Below, one piece after another: positions 1 through 10,771 of a stretch of DNA of 64,000 nt. A program made the translations under genes and the position numbers. Every line of letters starts with the position of its first letter. Positions within the stretch are counted from its first letter, which is position 1. The notes beneath the pieces were generated by a model that saw only the letters and a program-made list of their open reading frames with translations, ran no database searches and was not told the DNA's origin. Source of the stretch: Sedimentisphaeraceae bacterium JB056 (lineage in GTDB: Bacteria > Planctomycetota > Phycisphaerae > Sedimentisphaerales > Sedimentisphaeraceae); assembly GCA_044440125.1 (NCBI GenBank), contig JBITAJ010000021.1:96001-160000 (forward strand), given 5' to 3'.

Positions 1-668
1 AATAGTAATACGTTATCGCAACCAGATTGTATAAAACGTCGCCCTGAATCAAACCCTGCTTTTTCGTAGTCAGCCCCGACAAAAGCAACATCGCTGTCAA
101 TGTTCGACCGTCTCGTCACTACAATAGGAAAATCATAGGAAGATAGATAATCAATAATTTTCCATTCTGAAGGCTCCGGATACAACCATATAAGCCCCTG
201 ACAATTAGCTGAACTGATTATCTTCCTAACATCTTCCGGGTCGTCCCTTCTAATCAATTCTCCAGGCAAAACCGAACCAACCGCACCGCTTCTCTCACAT
301 TCTTCAAGAAAACCGCGAATTGACTCAGCTCTGTAAGAATCCTCAAGCGCAGTAATATTCGTCTGGTGGAATATTGGCAGAATTGCAACACGTTTCAAAT
401 TTGTACGGCTATCTATTTCCTGTTGCCTCTTATCCACAACAAATGTGCCCATACCGGGAACGGCTTTCAGTTCGCCATCTCTGATTAAATCAGCCATTGC
501 CTGACGAACGGTATTGCTGCTTACGCCCGCTGCGTTTACAAATTCTTTCGTTGTCGGAAGCCTATCACCCGGACGAAACCTGCCATTATCAATCCCTTGT
601 CTGATATACTCTAACAACTGAGTCTTAGCTGGGGAGCCGCTCTTTTTTTCAATAACCAAAGTATTCAT
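1..668 (-). CDS. GntR-family regulator with C-terminal sugar-binding (LacI-like) domain; 3' end outside the window
   Basis: Not in the ORF track. ATG at 668 translates MNTLVIEKKSGSPAKTQLLEYIRQGIDNGRFRPGDRLPTTKEFVNAAGVSSNTVRQAMADLIRDGELKAVPGMGTFV, a GntR winged HTH. AAGGGA lies upstream. Confidence 0.85.
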   Translation of the reverse strand, partial: MNTLVIEKKSGSPAKTQLLEYIRQGIDNGRFRPGDRLPTTKEFVNAAGVSSNTVRQAMADLIRDGELKAVPGMGTFVVDKRQQEIDSRTNLKRVAILPIFHQTNITALEDSYRAESIRGFLEECERSGAVGSVLPGELIRRDDPEDVRKIISSANCQGLIWLYPEPSEWKIIDYLSSYDFPIVVTRRSNIDSDVAFVGADYEKAGFDSGRRFIQSGCDNVLL

Positions 669-700
669 ATTAAGTCCCTTATTTGTGTTTATCATTAAAA

Positions 701-729
701 ATCTTAATAATTGAGAGAATTAATGTCAA
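701..729 (-). promoter_or_regulatory. Sigma70-type promoter of the GntR gene
   Basis: TTGACA (729-724), 17-nt spacer, TAAGAT. Confidence 0.6.
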
Positions 730-1110
730 GAGAAATTGCCAAGAAAAAAGTATTTTACAGACAAGTAATTACTCACTTCAAAATAATCAAAAAACATAAA
801 AACGAGAAAAAAAAGCTCAAAATAGAGCTAAAATCAAATTATCAAGGAAAATTACTACTTTATAAAGCCCTAAAACGAGAGAAACAATAAGAAATTACTA
901 AAAAACAGCAACTAATAAATACTTGAAATATTTCTGACATTACAAAACACGCAAAGTTACAATACTCAAATTACAAACAATTAGAATAGTCATCCCCGAA
1001 AACACATAAGTTCCACCAACTGCATCTTTACATATGAAATGACATGGGCATTTTTTTGAGAACAAGCGCATATTTTCTGAATAGTAGCAAAATTAGGCCC
1101 CCTTAGAAAT

Positions 1111-1486
1111 TCACGCCAGCGTAAACACGTCCTTGGTCAATTCAGCAAATATTGTCACCACGAAAGAATCCATCAATCATTAGGTCGGGGAATAGAGCCA
1201 AAACACAAACTCAATGATAACACTGATATCCAATGCATAGAAAGACTCGGCGGTCTCCTGAAATCATACCACCGCCTTGCTGCTTGAAAAACTTACTATT
1301 CAATCTGATCCTGCAGCACCGTCGCGTCAAGACACATGCGTTCGGCATTTAACAAAGTAAAAGGTCATTGTTTCCTACAACACACAACGTAATTACTATG
1401 CATCAAGTATAAAAACAGCTCAAATCAAAGCAATTAACCCATTAAAAAGTAAAGACTTGATAACGGATAAGTTTTTGCACCACACG
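1111..1486 (+). mobile_element. 3' remnant of an integrase-core-domain IS: transposase C-terminus plus right end
   Basis: Frame reads RKHVLGQFSKYCHHERIHQSLGRGIEPK...IQCIERLGGLLKSYHRLAA* (stop 1285-1287). The next ~200 nt are homologous to 55661-55860 and end in CGGATAAGTTTTTGCACCACACG. Confidence 0.7.
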
Positions 1487-1641
1487 CGTTTTTTGATCCT
1501 GGATTTATAAATCCTATTTTACTGACAAAGATATTCGTTCTCAAGTGCCTATCTACAGCAAATTGAGGAACTACTTAGCTAAAAGACGATAATATAATAT
1601 TATCTAAATTTTCCAACTTGTAATAATCACAATATTACTGA

Positions 1642-2691
1642 TTACGCCTGAATTGTAAGTAACTCTTCTTTTACCTCACCCTTGAGAGGTCTATCATTGA
1701 GATACCTGAGCAACTCATCAACAACAAATGAACCTAATCTGCGTCTCTCATTGCCCATTGCTCCGGCAAGATGAGGGGTTATCATTACATTAGGAAGTGT
1801 ATACAGCTCAGAATCCTCCAGCGGAGGTTCGGGATTCGTCACGTCAAGAATGACGGTGATATCGGTCCGTTCTTTCAGGACATCTATCATCTCGTCTTCT
1901 CTTACAAGAGCTCCGCGTGCGGTATTAATAAACGTGCTGCCGTATTTCATACGAGAAAAATGGTCGCCGGTTATCATTCCCTCAGTCTCATCAGTAAGTG
2001 GAGTATGAAGCGACACAATATCGGATCTGCTGAAAACGTCATCAAGTTCCGCAAGATTTATATCCAATCCTTTAAGGTCTTCGGGCAAGATATAAGGATC
2101 ATACGCGATTAGGTCAAGATCAAATTTTTCAAGGTGCTCACATAACAGCCTTGCTATTGTTCCAAGAGAGATTATGCCAACAGCAGCGTTATACCCCCCC
2201 GGAACATTGCATACAGAAGGGGCAAAAGTTTTCTCAGCCCTTATCTTGTTTGCATAGTACCAACTTCTCTTCAAGCTCAACAGAATTTGCCCAAGCGTAT
2301 ATTCCGCAACCGGAACAGCGTTTGCAATCGCAGCGCTGCTGACACGTACGCCCTTTTCCCATAGGGATTTGGTCACAAAATGTTTAACCGAACCCGAGCC
2401 ATAGAAGATTATATCAAGGTTATCAGTATAACTTAAAAGCTTATCATCGAACAATGGAACTCCCCAGCCGGAAAATATGATATCTGCATCTTTAATAATA
2501 TTCGGATTTTCCTTGACTGATTCACGTGTTTGCAAAGGAGCATATATATCGACCTGAGACCTTATAATATCAACTTGTTCAGGACCGTATATTTCATCGA
2601 AGGCTTTTTTGTCGAGAATGAATAAACCTTTAGGTCTTTCATAATCATCAAGTTCAGTCTGTATATTTTTTTTTCGTATTGTCTGTGTCAT
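1642..2691 (-). CDS. D-isomer-specific 2-hydroxyacid dehydrogenase
   Basis: GIISLGTIA nucleotide-binding strand; SLHTPLT, FINTARG, LDVTNPEP and TPHLAG motifs. Confidence 0.9.
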   Translation of the reverse strand: MTQTIRKKNIQTELDDYERPKGLFILDKKAFDEIYGPEQVDIIRSQVDIYAPLQTRESVKENPNIIKDADIIFSGWGVPLFDDKLLSYTDNLDIIFYGSGSVKHFVTKSLWEKGVRVSSAAIANAVPVAEYTLGQILLSLKRSWYYANKIRAEKTFAPSVCNVPGGYNAAVGIISLGTIARLLCEHLEKFDLDLIAYDPYILPEDLKGLDINLAELDDVFSRSDIVSLHTPLTDETEGMITGDHFSRMKYGSTFINTARGALVREDEMIDVLKERTDITVILDVTNPEPPLEDSELYTLPNVMITPHLAGAMGNERRRLGSFVVDELLRYLNDRPLKGEVKEELLTIQA

Positions 2692-2724
2692 TTTGATGCT
2701 TTACAAAGTAATCTCAATCTATTT

Positions 2725-4263
2725 TCAGGAACGGCCTGATTCCTTTGCAAGATATTCCTGATATATTTTCAGCTCCGGATCTTTTGTCCTTTTCATTTCC
2801 GACAGTAAAAGCTGCCTGGCTTTATCAATCTTTTCCCTGTGAATTCTGTCAGAAGCCAGATTATACCAGCAACCAGAATCATTCGCTACATTAAAAAGCT
2901 CCTCAACCGGCCGGTTCAGATATATTTCAGCTTTTTCAGAATACTCAGGATTGGAATTTTTATATTTCATAAGCATGTCAAGAACAGGATCCTTACCACC
3001 GGCATTCTCCGTAATATCATCCCTGCTAATCGCAAAAGAATTCCATATATACAAGTAATCAGTATCAGCTACGGCACGCATAGGATAATACTGCTCGTCA
3101 CTTCCATCGGCAAGCCAGTTGGCCGCGGTATAAACATAACCCCGTTTGCCCGCATTAGACTTTTCATTGAGAATATCAAAGAAAGACATCCCCTCTATGC
3201 CTTTGACCGGCTCAAGTCCCAATGCCTCGATAACTGTAGGCATTATATCAATGGACGAAACCGGGCTGTCACCATATCTTACACCAGAGCTTACCTTATT
3301 CGGCCATCGGACTATCAAAGGGGTCTTCGTACTGCTGTAATAGCATCCCCATTTGCCGCCGGGAATGGTTATTCCGTTATCTGAGAGGAAAACAACAATC
3401 GTATTATCCCTCTGCCCGCAATCATCGAGTGCCTTAAGTATCTGCCCTACCGCATCATCCATTCTCTTTACAGAATTGAAATAAGGAACAAGATATTCCC
3501 GCAGTTCAGGAACATCGGGCAAAAATCCCGGGACATCAATATCTGCCGGTTTGTAGTCTGACGAAGGAACAGGATACTTAAGATATTTTTCCCTGTTTAT
3601 TCGTTCCGAACCAAGAAGAGCCTCGTACTCATCCTTAAGCTCGTTTTCTTTTTGTGTATCCGGCCATGGCCAATGAGGATCGATTATATTGTCGTAAAGA
3701 AAGAATGGCTTTGCTTCTCTCTTTGACTGCTCGATAAAGTCTTTGGTTCTTTCATAAAAAACCTGAGGGTCCCTATCATCACTGCCCATACCCCACGGTT
3801 CACACTCATACATAACATCAAATGTCTTGGCTATTAACCTGCTGTGCTTATTGATCGCACCTGTAAAATAACCGTTATCATGCAGATATGTTGACAGATC
3901 AGGTGTATGGGGCATAGGCGGCTGCCAGTCGTCGGGCGGGCAAGCTGTCTTGTGTCCCATTGCGCCGCTGCAATGAGGATACCGGCCACTGAGCAAGGCG
4001 TTTCTTGATGGACCGCAAATGGATGTCATAACATGGGCCTCTTCAAACAATACGCCTTGAGAAGCCAGCCTGTCAACATTAGGTGTTATCTTCGGCACCT
4101 TGCAGCCGGTAACCCCCAGGGAATCCCAGTTAAGATCATCGGCAGTAATTATCAAAACATTCGTCTGCCTATTTGCTTGATCTGCAAAAGACATCAAGGG
4201 AGCCGCCATAAAAGAAGCTCCTATACAGGCAAGAAAGTCTCTTCTATTTATCTTATTATTCAT
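2725..4263 (-). CDS. Sulfatase, N-sulfoglucosamine sulfohydrolase-like, Tat signal
   Basis: LIITADD, CGPSR signature, FLSDNG. NRRDFL twin-arginine; start moved to ATG 4263. Confidence 0.88.
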   Translation of the reverse strand: MNNKINRRDFLACIGASFMAAPLMSFADQANRQTNVLIITADDLNWDSLGVTGCKVPKITPNVDRLASQGVLFEEAHVMTSICGPSRNALLSGRYPHCSGAMGHKTACPPDDWQPPMPHTPDLSTYLHDNGYFTGAINKHSRLIAKTFDVMYECEPWGMGSDDRDPQVFYERTKDFIEQSKREAKPFFLYDNIIDPHWPWPDTQKENELKDEYEALLGSERINREKYLKYPVPSSDYKPADIDVPGFLPDVPELREYLVPYFNSVKRMDDAVGQILKALDDCGQRDNTIVVFLSDNGITIPGGKWGCYYSSTKTPLIVRWPNKVSSGVRYGDSPVSSIDIMPTVIEALGLEPVKGIEGMSFFDILNEKSNAGKRGYVYTAANWLADGSDEQYYPMRAVADTDYLYIWNSFAISRDDITENAGGKDPVLDMLMKYKNSNPEYSEKAEIYLNRPVEELFNVANDSGCWYNLASDRIHREKIDKARQLLLSEMKRTKDPELKIYQEYLAKESGRS

Positions 4264-4264
4264 T

Positions 4265-5686
4265 TCATTTCTCCATGATGTTGTGGCCATTGTTCAGTAA
4301 CTCTCTCATCTCTGCCACAACCTCCTGCAGGTATTCTACATCAATCAGATTTCTGTACTCACCCGGATCACTGAGATGATCATAAAGCTCTTCAATACCA
4401 TTATCCCATTTTGTATAACGCCATCGCTGTGTACGAACCGAACGGCCGATATATTTATGTTTTATTTGACTGTATGCACATTTTTTCCATTTTCTTCGCG
4501 GCTGCTCCAGAAGACTCTTAAAACTGATGCCTTCCAGATCATCTGACACTTCAAGCCCGCACAAATCCGCAAGCGTTGGATAAAGATCAACAAGTTCGAC
4601 GAAACCTTCAGTCTCAAATGCGGTCTTGGTAATATCCGGGTCGTATACAATCAAAGGCACCCTGGCATCAATGTCGAATAAAGTGTTCTTGTTCCACCAA
4701 TCATGCTCACCAAGATGAAAACCGTGATCGCTTGTAAAGACAACCACAGTATCTTTCCAAAGCTGCTGCGCATCAATCTCATCAAGGAGCTTTCCAAACA
4801 TTGAATCAGTAAAAGAAGTACATGCATAGTAAGCCCGCATAAACTCACGTTTGCTTTTTTCTGTGAGTCCCTTATCCAAACCTGATTTCCAGTCCTGGCT
4901 GTACTCGTTTATGTATGTAAGCTCATTCTCAAAACTGCTGTTCTCTGGAACAAACGCAGGAACAAACTGATCAACATCATAAAGATCAAAATATTTTTTC
5001 GGAGCTCTAAGCGGACCATGAGGTCGAAAGAAGCCGACTGTCAGGAAGAACGGCTTATCTTTAGGTCGGTTTTTCAAAAAATCTATACCGAAGCTCAAGT
5101 TCTTGCTATCTGGTTCCACACTGTCATCAGCATCAACAATTCCGTAATCTGCCCACTTGACCAGCCCGCCGGTAACATTGACCATCTCAACATCGTCGGA
5201 TTCAGAAACATCATAGGGCATAAAACTTTCATCCCAGGCTTTCACGTCATCATTCTTCATCTGCCCATGAAACAGTTTTCCGCCGCGGCCAGTGTAATAC
5301 CCGTTCTGCTTAAAATAATAAGGCATAGTAACAACATCTGGCATCACTTGGTGCCAGGCGACGGAGTTATCGCTTATACCCGTAGTATCGGGGCGCAGGC
5401 CCGTAATTAAAGCCGTTCTGCTTGGGTTGCAGATAGGACCCTGACAAAAAGCATTCTTAAACACAACGCTTTTTTCCGCAAAGCGGTCGACATTTGGAGT
5501 CTTAGCTATCGGGTCTCCGTAACAGCCAAGTATTGGACGCAGGTCCTCTACTACTACAAATATCACATTTTTCTTTGCTGCTCTAACTACCTTATGACTA
5601 ACCTGCTGACTCTTAGCCAGTGGTACTCCAGCCATCAAAGCAGCACTAAGTTTTGTAAAATTACGCCTGCTTAATTCCATGTTCAA
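4265..5686 (-). CDS. Sulfatase, iduronate-2-sulfatase-like, Tat signal
   Basis: VEDLRP, CNPSRTALITG, GFFRPH, SDHGFHLGEH, ELVDLYPTL; SRRNFT. Confidence 0.9.
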   Translation of the reverse strand: MNMELSRRNFTKLSAALMAGVPLAKSQQVSHKVVRAAKKNVIFVVVEDLRPILGCYGDPIAKTPNVDRFAEKSVVFKNAFCQGPICNPSRTALITGLRPDTTGISDNSVAWHQVMPDVVTMPYYFKQNGYYTGRGGKLFHGQMKNDDVKAWDESFMPYDVSESDDVEMVNVTGGLVKWADYGIVDADDSVEPDSKNLSFGIDFLKNRPKDKPFFLTVGFFRPHGPLRAPKKYFDLYDVDQFVPAFVPENSSFENELTYINEYSQDWKSGLDKGLTEKSKREFMRAYYACTSFTDSMFGKLLDEIDAQQLWKDTVVVFTSDHGFHLGEHDWWNKNTLFDIDARVPLIVYDPDITKTAFETEGFVELVDLYPTLADLCGLEVSDDLEGISFKSLLEQPRRKWKKCAYSQIKHKYIGRSVRTQRWRYTKWDNGIEELYDHLSDPGEYRNLIDVEYLQEVVAEMRELLNNGHNIMEK

Positions 5687-6921
5687 TCCAAAGATTTAAT
5701 ATGAGTTAAACCTATAGTAGCCGCATGATGCTCACCTTTATTCTCAAGCCCCCTGTTATGAGTTTTGATAACAGCTTCTATTTCTTCATGTCCGGGATAA
5801 TGAGCATTTATCCAGTCGTAAACATGAGTATAATGAGTCGGCACGCTGTCGCCTTTATAGAGGCCGTTTTTCAGCGAAGCGTCATCTTTCTCTATGAATT
5901 CAGCATAATAACTGTAGAGCAGGAACAGATTTTCGCCTCCAGGTGCGGTATAAGAAAATAAATCGACACCATTATTATAAGCCATCTCTGCAAGGTAAGT
6001 TAGAGCCATTCCATGATACATCGCATAGCCAAGCCCTTTATGTTCATGTGAGCGATACCTGTCGTATATCTCACCTGCGGCAATGGTATCCTTATGAGCA
6101 TCATGGGTATCATCTCCGGGCATAAGTATAGCACCGGCAAGCATCTCCTTGAAATCACGGGGATTTTCGCCACTGTCTACAGCAAATGCTGCAAAGCGGT
6201 TATCCTGCAGTGCGAAACCTATCGCCCCAATCGCTGCATTATGCCAGGAAAGATGATTGTTATAGTATTGATTTCCATAATAGTCATTCGCCGTCCAGGC
6301 CAAATGCCAATACTTCAATCTGAAACCGACTTTAGTCAGCCATAGCCTTATATCCTGGATCTCTTCCGCTGTAAGTTCCGGATAAACGAGAGTATACGCA
6401 TGTGCATAAAAGACAAAAGGCACACCTCCAAGCAAACCGAGATCAGCATCCCAATAAGGATAATCTCTTCGGCTCTCCAGGTTAATAATCGGCTCGGGCT
6501 TGGTACGCGCCCATTCAATCAGTATCTTCTTTGAATAATCCAAATACTCTTTATTACCTTCCATAAGCCATACAAATGCACAATCTCTGGCCGCACAGAA
6601 ACTTCTGCTGCATACCGGATGAACAGCATCTTCGCTTTTATGCCCGGGCTGAGTTTTTGTATAAATCTCTATTGGTTTATTCAGGGTCTCAGATGCATGT
6701 TTTTTTATAAGTTCATAGCTTGCATACCATGGCTGAGCCTTTGCAGCTACTCTCTTCTTAGCAACAGCTATCATTTCAGGAGTCGTTACAGTAACCGGAA
6801 CTTTACTTTCTTCAAAAGTCTGATTCAACTTCTTTTTCACTAAAAGTTCACTTCTCTCATCAGCAAGAAGAAATGCTGAAAACAATAACAATCCAAAAAA
6901 CATTTTATTTAACATAATCAC
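5683..6921 (-). CDS. Secreted alginate-lyase-fold (alpha/alpha) polysaccharide lyase-like protein
   Basis: Signal peptide; YNNHLSW (NNH) motif; GLGYAMY. Paralog of 8460-9794. Confidence 0.7.
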   Translation of the reverse strand: MIMLNKMFFGLLLFSAFLLADERSELLVKKKLNQTFEESKVPVTVTTPEMIAVAKKRVAAKAQPWYASYELIKKHASETLNKPIEIYTKTQPGHKSEDAVHPVCSRSFCAARDCAFVWLMEGNKEYLDYSKKILIEWARTKPEPIINLESRRDYPYWDADLGLLGGVPFVFYAHAYTLVYPELTAEEIQDIRLWLTKVGFRLKYWHLAWTANDYYGNQYYNNHLSWHNAAIGAIGFALQDNRFAAFAVDSGENPRDFKEMLAGAILMPGDDTHDAHKDTIAAGEIYDRYRSHEHKGLGYAMYHGMALTYLAEMAYNNGVDLFSYTAPGGENLFLLYSYYAEFIEKDDASLKNGLYKGDSVPTHYTHVYDWINAHYPGHEEIEAVIKTHNRGLENKGEHHAATIGLTHIKSLD

Positions 6922-6926
6922 TCCAT

Positions 6927-8447
6927 TTATTTCAGTATATCTATTGGCATCGTATTTGGGCTGGTCATTGTACCTGTATCACCTTTTGCCCAGAAACCTA
7001 TTGAATCGGCGTTCATAAGCTTTTTAAGAAGGTATTTGCCATCCCAAAACTTATCCTCAAACTTTTCAAGCCACTGTTGAGTCTTCGCCTCAAGCTCGGC
7101 TCTGACTTCCGCATATTCAGGGTCATCAAACCTGTTATTGAGTTCGTAAGGATCTGCCTTTCTGTCGTACAAGACATTAGCCGATTCATCAAACCCTTTA
7201 CCTTTCTGTTTGGAAGAGACGTAGACGGTACCTCTGGCATACGTATATCGCTTCGTATACACGCCACGCCATGCCGGAGCGAAATACATCAGAGGCACAG
7301 AATCGGCTCCATCATCGGTGCCATCAATTATATCAGACGCAAGGCTGATACCCTGAACAGTTTCTGGCGACCTGATACCAAGCATAGAAAGGGTTGTCGG
7401 CATTATATCCATTGTGCCGAGCAATGCGTCTGTAGTCGCGGCTTTGCGGTGAGAGCCCGGCATTTTAAGGATAAACGGCACACCGACAGATTCTACTTCA
7501 GGGCAACTTTTAGGACCCCATCTTTTATTTGAACGAAGCATATCACCGTGATCAGCGGTAAATATAATAAGAGTATTCTCATAAAGGCCAAGCTCTTTAA
7601 GCTTCTTTACAAGCTCACCGAAAGCCTTGTCAACACCTGTTATCATCGCCATATGCCCATGATAGGCTTGTCTGATTTGCGGCGTATCCTCTGCGTTAGG
7701 ACGAAGCTTTATCTTAGCCGGATCATAAAGTTCAAGCAGTTCTTTCGTTGCTCCATCAAGATAAGTAGAAGGATAATTATCGGCTCCTACATTATGTGGA
7801 GGATGCCAGGAAACAAACGCCGCAAAAGGTTTATCGGCATTTTCCTTGATAAATTCGCAAGCCTGCTGAGTCTGACCGTAAGGCTCCCATTTATCGAAAT
7901 ACACCTTCTTTCCATTCTCATCAAAGTAGAAACACTTTTCAGGCTGATAATTCAAGTGGCAGTTATTGCTTTTGAATACATCAAAGCCGTGCCTGCGTTT
8001 ACCGGCAGGAATTGCTCTGTCTCTGTCGCCGCCGTAAAGATGCCACTTTCCAAAATAGCCTGTAGAATAACCTTCTCGTTTCAATACCTCGGCAAAACTG
8101 TTGCCGTCAGTATTAAGAAGTTGAATATCATTACTGAAACAACCATTATAAAGCGGATGACGACCGGTAAAAAGCATGCCGCGATAAGGCGTGCAGACAG
8201 GCTGAGATGATACACAATTATCAAAACGTATAGAATCTTTCGCAAACTCATCAAGGTTAGGGGTTATTATCTGCTTATTACCATAACAGCCAAGCATATC
8301 CCTGCTGTGCTGATCGGAAAATACAAAAACCAGATTCGGTTTTGCTGCAGATTTTGCAGTATTTAGATTTTGGCATCCAAAGGTAAAGCCGGCAGTTGCA
8401 GCAGCTACTGAGCCTTTAAGAAATTTCCTTCTGTCTAAGTTGTGCAT
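6927..8447 (-). CDS. Sulfatase, Tat signal with lipobox-like Cys
   Basis: VFSDQH, CTPYR signature, GKWHL, TADHG; DRRKFL...FTFGC. Confidence 0.9.
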   Translation of the reverse strand: MHNLDRRKFLKGSVAAATAGFTFGCQNLNTAKSAAKPNLVFVFSDQHSRDMLGCYGNKQIITPNLDEFAKDSIRFDNCVSSQPVCTPYRGMLFTGRHPLYNGCFSNDIQLLNTDGNSFAEVLKREGYSTGYFGKWHLYGGDRDRAIPAGKRRHGFDVFKSNNCHLNYQPEKCFYFDENGKKVYFDKWEPYGQTQQACEFIKENADKPFAAFVSWHPPHNVGADNYPSTYLDGATKELLELYDPAKIKLRPNAEDTPQIRQAYHGHMAMITGVDKAFGELVKKLKELGLYENTLIIFTADHGDMLRSNKRWGPKSCPEVESVGVPFILKMPGSHRKAATTDALLGTMDIMPTTLSMLGIRSPETVQGISLASDIIDGTDDGADSVPLMYFAPAWRGVYTKRYTYARGTVYVSSKQKGKGFDESANVLYDRKADPYELNNRFDDPEYAEVRAELEAKTQQWLEKFEDKFWDGKYLLKKLMNADSIGFWAKGDTGTMTSPNTMPIDILK

Positions 8448-8459
8448 TGATAAACTTTC

Positions 8460-9794
8460 TTAATCGGCATTAGCATTGTAGCATCCGGAGACAAGAGGAT
8501 CTGTACATTTGCCCCAGCCTTTGCTCAACAAATATAGATCATAAATATCAACAAACTTACTACCATCTATATCAGCTCTAAGTTCAGGCTCTACACCAAA
8601 CAACAATACAGGATAACCTATCCATGGAGTTCGATTTATCTTTCTGTCGTTGTTAGATATCAACAAATTCAACGGCGAACTTTGCGGGTAATGACTTAAT
8701 GCAATCTCATATATTCCTGAATAATAAGTTTCAGACAATCCCTCAAGCCGTGCCGTCTCACCTTCCGAACAATAAAAACCGCTCTTTATACACGAATCTT
8801 TAAGCCTGAGATAATCTGAATGATACTCGAAAGCTATCTGCATATTTTCACCCGTCGGAGCATAATAATTCCACAAATCAATCCCATTTGTATATGCTGC
8901 CTGAGCGATCATTGTCATAAATGACATGCTGAATACGGCGTAACTTAAGCCCTTATCCTCTACATGCCTGTAACGATCATAAAATTCTCCATCTTCCGGT
9001 GCAGGTAACTGTGCTCCGTGAGGAGTATCGCCTTCCATAAGAATTGCGCCGGCTATCATTTCAAGAAAATCTCTCGGATTATCCTGACTGTCTATAGAGT
9101 AAGCAACCAGATCATAATCCCCAAGCACAAAGCCAGCAACAGCCGTCACAGCAATATGTGCCATACTATGATTTTGATATAACTGATTATTGTAATAATT
9201 ATTCTCTTCCCAAAGTTCAACACCGGAAACTTTAGCAACATTTGCCATATTGACAAACCAGTTCTCCGCATACATTCTGTCAAGAAAGTCATATCCACTG
9301 TAATCATACAGTAAATCGTAAACCCACATGAATTGCGGCAGTGATACTGCTATCGCCAATGCATGTGAAGGCTCATCAATATTCGGATCAAAATTAGTTC
9401 CCGGCATTGGATAAGTCTGGCTCCAGATATTGAGAAACTGAAGAGCTTTATCCGCATAAGCTGTATTACCGGTAAATTTATAAGCAAGTGCCAAATCTCT
9501 TGCCATTCTGCTTTGCTCAGAGCATATATCACCCCAGATATTTCTATCAGAACTGGTGCTTGGATCAGGGGTTTGATTCATGGCAGAATTGGCATAAATA
9601 AGCAAAGTCTGATACTGACTTGCATATGGTTCTTCCCCGGAATCTATGCGAAGCTTAACCCTGTCTATACCAGCCTGATCTATAAAAAGTCTTGGATGCG
9701 GATCGAAGCTGTCCTGCGTGAAATCATCAAGAACTCCTGCAAATACAAAAGTGCCTGAAAGAAGCAGTAAAATTAATGCCGTTTTTTTATACAT
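8460..9794 (-). CDS. Secreted alginate-lyase-fold protein with C-terminal half-dockerin
   Basis: HPRLF N-terminus, YQNH motif, GLSYAVF; tail ADIDGSKFVDIYDLYLLSKGW.KCTDP. Confidence 0.72.
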   Translation of the reverse strand: MYKKTALILLLLSGTFVFAGVLDDFTQDSFDPHPRLFIDQAGIDRVKLRIDSGEEPYASQYQTLLIYANSAMNQTPDPSTSSDRNIWGDICSEQSRMARDLALAYKFTGNTAYADKALQFLNIWSQTYPMPGTNFDPNIDEPSHALAIAVSLPQFMWVYDLLYDYSGYDFLDRMYAENWFVNMANVAKVSGVELWEENNYYNNQLYQNHSMAHIAVTAVAGFVLGDYDLVAYSIDSQDNPRDFLEMIAGAILMEGDTPHGAQLPAPEDGEFYDRYRHVEDKGLSYAVFSMSFMTMIAQAAYTNGIDLWNYYAPTGENMQIAFEYHSDYLRLKDSCIKSGFYCSEGETARLEGLSETYYSGIYEIALSHYPQSSPLNLLISNNDRKINRTPWIGYPVLLFGVEPELRADIDGSKFVDIYDLYLLSKGWGKCTDPLVSGCYNANAD

Positions 9795-9810
9795 TTATTA
9801 ATATCCTAAA

Positions 9811-9838
9811 GAGTCTGCGCCATTTCTGACGCAGACTC
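9811..9838 (-). promoter_or_regulatory. Intra-operon stem-loop
   Basis: Minus strand GAGTCTGCGTCA-GAAA-TGGCGCAGACTC, followed by only three U. Confidence 0.6.
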
Positions 9839-9854
9839 GTATACGCTATTACAA

Positions 9855-10727
9855 TTACTGCGAACATTCAGGATCCGATGGGTCTGTGCAATGCATCCAG
9901 TTTGAGGCGATTACAGCAAAGTCAGCCATATCAACAATACAATCAGAATTGACATCGCTCACATCCATAGGATTAAGTCCGCAACCATCAGTTGCAACAA
10001 GCAGCATGTCATTCCATGTACCTGCAGTGGTCATTGCCCATGCACCATTATCGCTTGAATCGCACATAAATGTCTCATAACCGCCGTTTTCCCAGTCAAG
10101 CAATACCCAGCTAAGCTTTATAACATCACCTGGCTTAGGCGCCTGTGAGTTAAGTGCCGTACAATATGACCAGTCATAAGAAAATTCCATAACAAATCCA
10201 TCAGCTAAAATGGTTGCGGCATAATCTACCGCCAGATCAGGACTGAATCCGTTATTACGGCTGTTTACTGTAGTAGCCGAAGGATCAAGCTCAAAGAGAG
10301 TTGCCTTGTCTCCGGCACTGCTGTAGTGGCTCTCAAATACTCCGGGGTTGAACAGGAACTGAACCTGATCCTGGAGACTTCCGTAATCACCGGTAGCCTG
10401 AACATCCTGATCATAAACCCTCACAGCAAAATACAAAGCCGTATCATTCCAAGTCAGGTATACATCGCCGCTAAGATCAGCCGCATTATCAGGAGCCATA
10501 AAAGACGCCGGATAATCCGGAGGTAAAGGCATTGAACCATTCTGAGGACTTGTCAGTATATCAGGATAAACCATCGAGAAATTCACTGCCGCATCCCATT
10601 CGCCAGCAGTTATAACACCATCAATGGCAGGAGAGCTTGGGTTATAATATCCCGTATAAGTCAAAGCCGGACTCAAAGAAACTAACGTACAGATCAATAT
10701 CATTATTGTTATAAATGAATATTTCAT
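9855..10727 (-). CDS. Secreted CBM9/DOMON-like sugar-binding protein with half-dockerin
   Basis: PAIDGVITAGEWD and LTWNDTALYFAVRVYD motifs; tail SDVNSDCIVDMADFAVIASNW. Start moved to ATG 10727 (AAGGA upstream, signal peptide follows). Confidence 0.75.
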   Translation of the reverse strand: MKYSFITIMILICTLVSLSPALTYTGYYNPSSPAIDGVITAGEWDAAVNFSMVYPDILTSPQNGSMPLPPDYPASFMAPDNAADLSGDVYLTWNDTALYFAVRVYDQDVQATGDYGSLQDQVQFLFNPGVFESHYSSAGDKATLFELDPSATTVNSRNNGFSPDLAVDYAATILADGFVMEFSYDWSYCTALNSQAPKPGDVIKLSWVLLDWENGGYETFMCDSSDNGAWAMTTAGTWNDMLLVATDGCGLNPMDVSDVNSDCIVDMADFAVIASNWMHCTDPSDPECSQ

Positions 10728-10771
10728 TTTATATTTCCTTTCGCTTATGGTTAATAAGTTAGTAGATTCTG

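Noticed and set aside
730..1000. AT-rich stretch with AAATTAC-like repeats and palindrome AGTAATTACT (764-773) as a GntR operator or origin
   Set aside because: Short, irregularly spaced and expected by chance in A-rich DNA
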